A DNA stretch of 64,000 nucleotides. It comes from the human T2T-CHM13v2.0 reference genome, Homo sapiens. The notes below the pieces were generated by a model. It saw only the letters and a list, made by a program, of their open reading frames with translations. It ran no database searches and was not told where the DNA came from. The stretch lies in the NCBI RefSeq assembly GCF_009914755.1, contig NC_060930.1, one strand, 5' to 3'. This document shows, one piece after another, positions 1 to 9,880 of this stretch. The stretch's first letter is position 1; every line of letters begins with the position of its first letter. The translations under genes and the position numbers were made by a program.

Positions 1-2668
1 TGGTGCTTTCTATACTTTACTGAATTTGATTAGGTAATTTTATTTCTGAATGTCTTTTTCTTTATTGATCAGATGAAGAAAGCACAGGTCTTAATAAGGG
101 CAAACTGATTTTCTTTGTATTGTCTTTTATCTAGTGTCATATAACTTGAGGATGTAGGATGTAATTGATCTAAAGATCCTAAAAGAAGAACTGCATACTT
201 AGACTTTGTGATATTCTCTAATTTTAGCAAGCCAATGACTCTCTGACTAGCTTATGATGAAGGTAGAATTAAAGGGGAAAAGGCTAAGATTCACAATGCC
301 ATTTAAGATGTCATATCAACAGAAACTACCAAGTTCTCATATAATTAGAAAGCATTTGTCTTAAAAAACACCTCAGAAATTCTTTACCTTACAGCTAGTG
401 GTGAGTCAAAAAGGCGAGAAATTGTAATTATGTTCAGATAGGCCCCCAAGTTTGAGAATACATTCTAAATATGCAGATTTTTCTGGAAGGCTTTCAAGAA
501 GTGGAGCTGGAGTCAGTGGGAGTCCTTTGTATTGATGACAAACTCGAGGTTGCCTGGGAAAACAGAAGTCTGATACAACTGGTGTCAAATAGTTCCTAGG
601 CCTGAGATTCTACAAGACCTACTTCTCAAGCTGCACTAGGGTACCAGAGGGCTGACGAATGTGAAGTTGAAATATCTGGACAGCTGTATTTCCAGCATTC
701 CTTTGGGAAAGTCTTGGTGGGGTCAGAACCTCCCCTTCCTTGACAGGCCTCATGTTCTAGCTGTAGCTGCGGGAGCCAGAGCAGAACTGTCCCGAAGTCT
801 GTGCCTTTTTATCTTTTTTCTTGGTGAGCCAATTCCCTCCTTGCTGGGACTCAATGGTGTTTTCCGTTTCCATTTTCACTTTCAGAGAAAACAAATGCTA
901 CCCTCCTCAGGTTCCCAGGAGTGAGCCTCTCTTTCTTACGCGAAGGTCTTGCATTATCTGTGGGCTTTCTGGATACTGTCCTTGTATCTGTTGTGAAGCT
1001 ATTAAGCCTAGAGGCAAAGACTTGATTTGGACATAAGAGAGACAGGTGTTGTGTAAGCTTCCCCTTCAGGCAGTTTGTGCAGGAGGCTTCCCTCCTGATG
1101 ATCTCAAACACCCACCCACTGTTATTCCCATTTTAAACCTCTCTGGATCAGAGAACAGTGTACTCTGCAGATGTAACTAGTACTTACTGAAACAAATAAA
1201 ACAGACAGGATCACTGAATGCCAAAGATACACTAATCTATTTACACCACCCACTCTCAACTATTCTCTAAAGTGCCGTAAATATTGGGTTTTCTGTTTGG
1301 GGGATTGCGATAGCTAACTAATGAAAGAAAAACCAAAGCAAGATCCCGAACCTGTTGTTGCTGGAACTGCAACCTCAGGCCTGCCTAGCTGTCCACACAG
1401 TAACTATACATTATCCTATACATCCTGTAGGCCTAACAGTGTTTTCCTCCAATTGAGCCACCTGAGATATTTACTCTAAATGCCTCTGCATTTGATCTTC
1501 AAATATAAGATTGATTTAGGCCTCAGGTCTGTCTTTTGAAGTCGGAGCAAAAGGTTCAGGTGCTTTGTAACAATTATGTGGTGTTTTCTAAACCAGATTG
1601 CTTTTCCTAAGATTAGGAAGCCAAATAAAATTAAACAATAGAAGGAAGAAGCTGGTGGCAGAAGCAGAAACGATTAAAGTTATCTGGGATTAAATAAATG
1701 TCATATTGCAGGATAATATTGCATTTTTATAATGTATTTATTCTTTCTTGATATAAATGGATTTGATTTTACATATTTTTCTCTTCTTAATATCACAGTA
1801 GTGGGTTCCCTGCCTTCTCAAATAAGATACTCTCTTTTCTCACCAAAACAGTTCTTAAGCCTTCACCTGAATCTATTATTACTAAATATACCTCTCTTCA
1901 CGGCCATTTGAATACAGAACAAAACAAAAGCTTCCCAGAATTTAGTTACACATGTATTGAATAACACACTTTATCATAACAGCATCTACATACATTTAAA
2001 AACAGCAGTGCATTGTCTACAAATACATAATATTTATTCAGTTTAAAAACAATGCTTAATGCAGGTATAGATGCATGGACCTTTCAGATTATCTATGGAC
2101 CACAGGTAAGAAATGACTCATCTTGAAGAACTAAAGTTTGTACTCAGTGCTGCAATGTCTGTGAGATGATACATTCCTTCTACTATGTTTGATTTTTAAA
2201 AAGCAGTTTATTTTATCCTTGAAAAAAGATTACACTAATTTTCTTAATCTGATAAATGCCCTGAGGTGTGAGATCTGTTTCCTAATTAAAAGTACTTTAC
2301 AGCAAATCTAGAGCAAGACTGAGGGGAACGAAAGTTACCAGTTTTGAAGGCCATAGTGAAAATGTCCCATCTCAACAATAAAAATTGGATTTAATTAAAA
2401 CAGAACTAAATTATGATTATATCTGTCTGCAACATGATTAATAATACTGTTAACTTATGGGTGCTTTTGATTTAAAAAGAGGCCCACATAGAACCTGTGG
2501 ACAATGAGGAAAACAGCCCATGTGAATGAGTGGGTGAAGTGGATCACATTAGGGCTTTCAGGAAACAAGGTACCTTTTTGCTATTATGTGTAGAAACTAA
2601 GGCAATGTGTCATTGGAACAGCTAAGCCTGCTGGTTGAATTAGAGGCAGATTATTTCTCAAGGGACCT

Positions 2669-2711
2669 GTTTGTTGTTGTTGTTGTTGTTGTTTTAACAC
2701 ACACACACACA
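2669..2711. repeat. Compound microsatellite (GTT)n + (AC)n
   Basis: ttgttgttgttgttgttgttgtt followed by acacacacacacac. Confidence 0.9.
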
Positions 2712-4610
2712 ACTAAATAGATACAGGATAACATTTTGTTTAAGCATTTTCCTGGTGAACATTAAAAAGGCATTTCCTAATGCCTATGAAGAAGTGGGAA
2801 GATGGGGAAGGAAACATTTTTTTCATTGCAATTTAAAATGATGCAAATTATTGAGTTGGATGCTATATATAGTAAGGCATACTTAAGGAGGGTAAGAGGC
2901 AAATAAGTTTTATATTTGCCTTTCTAGAAGAGGCATATTGAATGCATAAAAAAAACAAAGTGTGTATAGTGGTAGATGATGGGGCAGTTGAAAAAGATTA
3001 AGTGGAAGATGAGTTTACCTACAGTTTTAAGCTCAGAAGAGCAACTGTGGATTCTGGTGGTGATTCTGGCTAGCTGGTTGACTACCTGTTCTTGCCAGGG
3101 ACACCACTGACCTGTTCTTTAGTTTGTTTACCTCAGAAAAGAGTCAGCTATTCCAACAAGATAGTGTGGAAGTCAATAAGACAATTTTTAAAAACTTTAC
3201 AAGCACTTCCACAGTCTCAGATAATGTGTAAGACATATATTTGAAAGAAATATTAACTTTGACATAACAGAGATGAGCTTTGTCTTAGACAATTAAAAAT
3301 GCAGTGTAGGGTATCAGATATATGGAGGAACTACCTATTTCTCAAATAATCAGGTCAAAACTTTAACTGTTTTATCTATTTTAGAGCCTTTATATCCAGA
3401 ATTTTCTATAATCAATATCAGACATTTACACTCATCTGTACTTATCTGGCTCACTTTACTTTTCAAGATTATAAAATATGAAATGTCAAAATATTACCTT
3501 CATCATAAATGATGCTCACATATAATTTTTGAAGTATTCGTTCTTGTATTCTCAAGATGATGAAATAAACCATTATTTAAACTACTGATCATTTCCTACA
3601 TTTTTTCCAAACAAAAACTAGAATATGGATTAGTCTATTTCACACCTCCACTTAAAGAAAAAAATGTCCATTTTTATATTCCTTTTAATGTCATAAATGT
3701 GTTACTATTATGCTACTTTCTCTGTCATTTTACTGAGTACAGAGAAAAAGCAAACTTCTAAAAAAAGAAAAGAAACAATTATTTCCTGATTTAAGGATTC
3801 CACCGTTGTTATTAGTAGAAGGCTATGGTAAGGTACCAACATCTGCTTAAAGTTATACAGAAAAGAAGCTGAGTCCAGAAGTGAGATCAGAGTTATTACA
3901 ATAGACAGAACAGAATTTGGGGTGTAGGCCACAGTACATCTTCTTATTTTCTTATTCAGGGAGAAATTCCATATGGCTGGTTTTCTGTGGGTGCCATGAA
4001 GATGGGAGTTGATAAGGCTGGGATGCTCCTGGCACCCTAAGACTCTTCTTCACCAAGGCTCAATGAGTAGAGGTTTTTGTCTCAGTAACTGCTGCTTTGT
4101 CTCAATCATAATTTTCTCTTATTTGCATCAAACTATCCTAAAGCAGGATGTGGGCATTTGTATTTTTCCTGGCTTCCTCATTCTATTGCTTTTCAAATAC
4201 AGCTATTTCAATGTTCCTAGAGTGAAAATCCCAAACCAGCTTCTGTGAGTCAGGGCCTTTGTGTGAACTGTGATCCACTGTATGTGTGAGAAATAATGCA
4301 TTGAAATGTTTTAAAAAAATCAAAAGCTATGAAGCTCATAAATTGACCATGAGTCTGAGTTTTTCTGTCATCTGCTTTTTTATGTTCCTTATAGGTACCC
4401 TGTGTGATCACGCCACCCTGGTCATGGGAAATACTTGCATATGAGAATGGGCAACTGAGAGGATCTATTTTATAATCCCACAACACAACGAGAGTAGCTT
4501 TGTATGTGGGTCCTAATTTGTCCCAAGGACAATAGCCATTATTTTGGTTGTCCATGTGTAACTAAGATTTTTTTTTTAAAGTTTTCCTCCATCAGTTGGG
4601 AGTTTTTCAA

Positions 4611-4612
<2 letters not shown>

Positions 4613-4643
<31 letters not shown>

Positions 4644-4670
4644 AGAGAGAGACAGAGGGAGAGGGAGAGA
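4613..4670. repeat. (GT)15 microsatellite followed by a GA-rich tract
   Basis: gt repeated 4613-4642, then cagagagagacagagggagagggagaga. Confidence 0.95.
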
Positions 4671-4954
4671 GTGCAACGGAGAAAAAAGAGAGGTTTGTGA
4701 AATCTTAGACCTAAATGAAAATAGCTATTTCTACAACAGACTGGCTTTTCTCCTCAACAACTTTTCTCAGGGTCAATATTTCCTTCAGCTTTTGGTGTTC
4801 TTTTTGTAAGAGGAGGTATGGGGTGCTGGAGCAAAGGCCTACAGCAGAGACAGCAGTTAAATCACACTGAGCTAGGTTTGCATATGTTTTCTATGTATTT
4901 TATCCTGTGTGCATGATCTATCTGCAAATAAATCCATCTCTATTTTATTCATAG

Positions 4955-5879
4955 TTCTAATGGCAAGTCTGTGTCATGGTCTGAACCAGGTGGAGGACAG
5001 GTGCCCAAGGGACAGCATATGTGGCACCGCCTCTCTGTGCACGTGAAGACCAATGAGACGGCCTGCAACCAAACAGCCGTCATCAAACCCCTCACTAAAA
5101 GTTACCAAGGCTCTGGCAAGAGCCTGACCTTTTCAGATACCAGCACCAAGACCCTTTACAACGTAGAGGAGGAGGAGGATGCCCAGCCGATTCGCTTTAG
5201 CCCGCCTGGTAGCCCTTCCATGGTGGTGCACAGGCGCGTGCCAAGCGCGGCGACCACTCCGCCTCTGCCGCCCCACCTGACCGCAGAGGAGACCCCCCTC
5301 TTCCTGGCCGAACCAGCCCTCCCCAAGGGCTTGCCCCCTCCTCTCCAGCAGCAGCAGCAACCCCCTCCACAGCAGAAATCGCTGATGGACCAGCTCCAGG
5401 GAGTGGTCAGCAACTTCAGTACCGCGATCCCGGATTTTCACGCGGTGCTGGCAGGCCCCGGGGGTCCCGGGAACGGGCTGCGGTCCCTGTACCCGCCCCC
5501 GCCACCTCCGCAGCACCTGCAGATGCTGCCGCTGCAGCTGAGCACCTTTGGGGAGGAGCTGGTCTCCCCGCCCGCGGACGACGACGACGACAGCGAGAGG
5601 TTTAAGCTCCTCCAGGAGTACGTGTATGAGCACGAGCGGGAAGGGAACACGGAAGAAGACGAACTGGAAGAGGAGGAGGAGGACCTGCAGGCGGCCAGCA
5701 AACTGACCCCGGATGATTCGCCTGCGCTGACGCCTCCGTCGCCTTTCCGCGACTCGGTGGCCTCGGGCAGCTCGGTGCCCAGCTCCCCAGTGTCCGAGTC
5801 GGTGCTCTGCACCCCTCCCAACGTATCCTACGCCTCTGTCATTCTGCGGGACTACAAGCAAAGCTCTTCCACCCTGTAA
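4955..5879 (+). CDS. GRM1: Metabotropic glutamate receptor 1, isoform a: coding part of the terminal exon (phase-2 acceptor, N|SNGKSVSWSEPGG...DYKQSSSTL*); partial CDS
   Basis: ORF 4971-5879 translates to the recognisable mGluR1a tail (HMWHRLSVHVKTNETACNQTAVIKPL, Pro/Gln-rich and acidic tracts, TPPSPFR, SSTL). The frame extends upstream to the AG acceptor at 4953-4954 (t TCT AAT GGC AAG TCT GTG). The ORF-track start is a GTG, not a real initiator. Confidence 0.97.
4990..5056 (+). CDS. GRM1: mGluR1d-type short C-terminus from an alternative acceptor 35 nt downstream (K)WRTGAQGTAYVAPPLCAREDQ*
   Basis: 'ctgaacCAG|gtgg' at 4987-4989 lies exactly 35 nt into the exon; the shifted frame ends at TGA 5054-5056; this matches the known 35-nt-deletion 1d variant. 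Confidence 0.8.
5730..5750 (+). other. Homer EVH1-binding motif TPPSPFR (coding)
   Basis: ACG CCT CCG TCG CCT TTC CGC in frame; PPxxF consensus of group I mGluRs. Confidence 0.9.
5865..5879 (+). other. C-terminal class I PDZ ligand SSTL plus stop
   Basis: TCT TCC ACC CTG TAA. Confidence 0.85.
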
Positions 5880-6000
5880 GGGGGAAGGGTCCACATAGAA
5901 AAGCAAGACAAGCCAGAGATCTCCCACACCTCCAGAGATGTGCAAACAGCTGGGAGGAAAAGCCTGGGAGTGGGGGGCCTCGTCGGGAGGACAGGAGACC

Positions 6001-6033
6001 GCTGCTGCTGCTGCCGCTACTGCTGCTGCTGCC
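6001..6033 (+). repeat. Interrupted (GCT/CTG)n trinucleotide repeat in the 3'UTR
   Basis: (GCT)4 GCC GCT ACT (GCT)3 GCC. Confidence 0.9.
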
Positions 6034-7769
6034 TTAAGTAGGAAGAGAGGGAAGGACACCAAGCAAAAAATGTTCAGGCCAGGATTCGGATTCTTGAATT
6101 ACTCGAAGCCTTCTCTGGGAAGAAAGGGAATTCTGACAAAGCACAATTCCATATGGTATGTAACTTTTATCACAAATCAAATAGTGACATCACAAACATA
6201 ATGTCCTCTTTTGCACAATTGTGCATAGATATATATATGCCCACACACACTGGGCCATGCTTGCCAAGGAACAGCCCACGTGGACATGCCAGTCGGATCA
6301 TGAGTTCACCTGATGGCATTCGGAGTGAGCTGGTGGAGCCAGACAGAGCAGGTGCGGGGAAGGGAAGGGCCCAGGCCAGACCCATCCCAAACGGATGATG
6401 GGATGATGGGACAGCAGCTCCTTGCTCAGAAGCCCTTCTCCCCGCTGGGCTGACAGACTCCTCATCTTCAGGAGACTCAGGAATGGAGCGGCACAGGGGT
6501 CTCTCTTCATCCACCGCAACCCATCCAGTGCCAGCTTTGAGATTGCACTTGAAGAAAGGTGCATGGACCCCCTGCTGCTCTGCAGATTCCCTTTATTTAG
6601 GAAAACAGGAATAAGAGCAAAATTATCACCAAAAAGTGCTTCATCAGGCGTGCTACAGGAGGAAGGAGCTAGAAATAGAACAATCCATCAGCATGAGACT
6701 TTGAAAAAAAAACACATGATCAGCTTCTCATGTTCCATATTCACTTATTGGCGATTTGGGGAAAAGGCCGGAACAAGAGATTGTTACGAGAGTGGCAGAA
6801 ACCCTTTTGTAGATTGACTTGTGTTTGTGCCAAGCGGGCTTTCCATTGACCTTCAGTTAAAGAACAAACCATGTGACAAAATTGTTACCTTCCACTTACT
6901 GTAGCAAATAATACCTACAAGTTGAACTTCTAAGATGCGTATATGTACAATTTGGTGCCATTATTTCTCCTACGTATTAGAGAAACAAATCCATCTTTGA
7001 ATCTAATGGTGTACTCATAGCAACTATTACTGGTTTAAATGACAAATAATTCTATCCTATTGTCACTGAAGTCCTTGTAACTAGCGAGTGAATGTGTTCC
7101 TGTGTCCTTGTATATGTGCGATCGTAAAATTTGTGCAATGTAATGTCAAATTGACCTGTCAATGTCAACCTAGTAGTCAATCTAACTGCAATTAGAAATT
7201 GTCTTTTGAATATACTATATATATTTTTTATGTTCCAATAATGTTTTATACATCATTGTCATCAATATCTACAGAAGCTCTTTGACGGTTTGAATACTAT
7301 GGCTCAAGGTTTTCATATGCAGCTCGGATGGACATTTTTCTTCTAAGATGGAACTTATTTTTCAGATATTTTCTGATGTGGAGATATGTTATTAATGAAG
7401 TGGTTTGAAAATTTGTTATATTAAAAGTGCACAAAAACTGAGAGTGAAAATAAAAGGTACATTTTATAAGCTTGCACACATTATTAACACATAAGATTGA
7501 ACAAAGCATTTAGATTATTCCAGGTTATATCATTTTTTTAAAGATTTTCCACAGCTACTTGAGTGTCTAACATACAGTAACATCTAACTCAGCTAATAAT
7601 TTGTAAAATCTTTATCAATCACATTTTGCCTTCTTTTAATTTTTATGTTCATGGACTTTTATTCCTGTGTCTTGGCTGTCATAACTTTTTATTTCTGCTA
7701 TTTGCTGTTGTGTAATATCCATGGACATGTAATCCACTTACTCCATCTTTACAATCCCTTTTTACCACC

Positions 7770-7815
7770 AATAAAAGGATTTTTCTTGCTGTTTTGATTT
7801 CTTCTATTATTTGTG
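7770..7815 (+). terminator. Candidate proximal poly(A) signal
   Basis: AATAAA at 7770-7775 followed by a U/GU-rich tract (ttttcttgctgttttgatttcttc). Confidence 0.4.
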
Positions 7816-8659
7816 GAATGAATTATACCCCCCTTAAATATCTTTGTTTATGCCTTATGTTCAGTCATATTTTAATATGCTTCCTTCATATTGAAGCTGC
7901 TGATTTCTCAGCCAAAAATCATCTTAGAATCTTTAAATATCCATTGCATCATTTGTTCAGAATTTAACATCCATTCCAATGTTGGAGGCTTGTATTACTT
8001 ATATTTCATCATATTCTATTGCCAAGTTTAGTCAGTTCCACACCAAGAATGAACTGCATTTCCTTTAAAAATTATTTTAAAACACCTTTATTGAAAAGAT
8101 CTCATGACTGAGATGTGGACTTTGGTTCCATGTTTTCATTGTAAGAAAGCAGAGAGCGGAAAATCAATGGCTCCAGTGATTAATAGATGGGTTTTTAGTA
8201 ATTGACAAATTCATGAGGGAAAGCATATGATCTCTTTATTAGTGAATCATGCTTATTTTTTACTCTTAACGCCACTAATATACATCCCTAATATCACAGG
8301 GCTTGTGCATTCAGATTTTTAAAAAATTAGGATAGATAAGGAAACAACTTATATTCAAGTGTAAGATGATATCAGGTTGGTCTAAGACTTTTGGTGAACA
8401 CGTTCATTCAACTGTGATCACTTTATTACTCTGAATGCCTACTATTATCCTGATTATGGGGTCTCCTGAATAAATAGAGTATTAGTCTTTATGTCATCAT
8501 TGTTCAAAATTGGAGATGTACACATACATACCCTATACCAAGAGGGCCGAAACTCTTCACCTTGATGTATGTTCTGATACAAGTTGTTCAGCTTCTTGTA
8601 AATGTGTTTTCCTTCGGCTTGTTACTGCCTTTTGTCAAATAATCTTGACAATGCTGTAT

Positions 8660-8700
8660 AATAAATATTTTCTATTTATTAAATGTGTATGTTCTTTCTC
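8660..8700 (+). terminator. Distal polyadenylation signal of GRM1
   Basis: AATAAA at 8660-8665, upstream TGTA elements (e.g. 8655), downstream GU/U-rich 'tgtgtatgttctttct'; cleavage estimated at ~8680-8683. Confidence 0.8.
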
Positions 8701-9724
8701 TATAGTCTGTGAGAGTTATAATAATAGAAATAGACCAGTGGAAGAAATAATTCCAAGGTTTTGATTTGACTCAGAACATGTCTTCTGGGTGAAAGCTGGA
8801 GAATGCCACACAAGATCTACAGATCAAGTAGGTGAGAAGTACAATTTGACCATGAAGAAGTGGTACCTCATGTTGTAACAGTTTTAAATGAACTCCAAAA
8901 TTAAAATTTGCAGTGCCCTTGGCAGATATTGTCATTCGTCTTTTTGATGAGGGTGTGAGGCTGAACAAACTCCTGGCGTTCTAGTGGAGCTCTGGGGGCA
9001 AAGGCATCCAATGTTCCCAGCTTTGTTTCATTCATGCCCTACAAGGCTTTTCTTTCCATGGTTCACACTTTAGGGGGGCCTCGTTTCCAACCTTACTGCT
9101 ACTCTTCTGCTCACCCTAAGTTCTATTCCTCTACATTTCAACTGACACCTCATTGGTTCCCCAAACAAAGGAGTCTCTGTTATTCACATTTTCTGCTATG
9201 AGATTCCTGCAAAGTAGGGCATTTCCCAAGTATCACTTGAAAAGAGAATATGATGGTACAAGGACCACACGATGAGATTGTCATGCATTTTGATGGCAGG
9301 AGCAAGCTCTATACAGGAAGACTAATGTTAAAGAACCACACACAGGGGCTGGGACACCAGAGGTTTCTTCAGTGTGCCTAAAAGATGCAATAATAAATCA
9401 TGAAATGAGAGCTTTGTGTCTCAAGAGGAAAAGTTATAGGAGAGAGAATGAGAAACAAAAACAGGAAAGAAAAAAATGAAGAAAAGTGATAGAGAGGAAA
9501 AAGAAAAATGTTTAAGATACGTAGTCCACAGACATATCCAAATGTCATGATAGGTCACAAAGGACTCCATCTGGAGAGAGTCCAGAAACTTTACTTGGAC
9601 CATAAGGAAGGCATTTGGAGAGGTAAGGATTAGGGTCCAGATGCTGTAAATGATGTATGAGTAACTGCCCAGTGATTTCTACAGAGAATGCCCTGTGAGG
9701 GAATCAAAGAGAAGGGAAACAACA

Positions 9725-9880
9725 CTTTTATAACCTGCTGTGTGCCAGCCACTGTGTGCTAGGTTATTTGAATTCATTCTTATTTAATCTTTCCATTACT
9801 GCTGTCATATAGAAACTTTAGATAACTGAACTAACCCACCTCAAATTTCTCAGCTAGTAAGTAGCCCAGCAGGGCTTCAA
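9725..9880 (-). mobile_element. MIR fragment
   Basis: 'tgtgtgccagccactgtgtgctagg...ttatttaatct...cagctagtaagtagc' resembles the MIR core. Confidence 0.55.

Larger units (their letters stand above)
1..4954 (+). other. GRM1: 3' part of the last intron of GRM1
   Basis: AT-rich non-coding sequence ending in pyrimidine-rich 'ctctattttattcatAG' immediately before the mGluR1 C-terminal coding sequence. Confidence 0.9.
5170..6000. promoter_or_regulatory. Intragenic CpG-island-like region over the terminal coding exon
   Basis: Sharp rise in GC content and CpG density (cgcgtg, gcgcggcg, cgcggacgacgacgacg) against CpG-poor flanks. Confidence 0.7.
5880..8681 (+). other. GRM1: GRM1 3'UTR (~2.8 kb, no obvious interspersed repeats)
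   Basis: Runs from the stop codon to the distal poly(A) signal; AU-rich. Confidence 0.8.

Noticed and set aside
1-4954. The 85-nt mGluR1b exon (KKRQPEFSP...)
   Set aside because: Not found by eye; it probably lies upstream of the window
4971-5879. Standalone 302-aa gene starting at 4971
   Set aside because: The start is a GTG (Val) inside a spliced exon; the real frame enters at the acceptor at 4955
5133-6062. 309-aa antisense ORF (and nested minus-strand ORFs) over the GRM1 exon
   Set aside because: TTG start, low-complexity product; expected shadow ORF of a GC-rich coding exon plus the GCT repeat
6543-7857. Scattered 7-mer miRNA seed matches (TTGCACT 6543, GTGCCAA 6827, ACTGTAG 6898, GTGCAAT 7133, TGCCTTA 7851)
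   Set aside because: Expected by chance in 2.8 kb; cannot be supported without conservation or AGO-CLIP data
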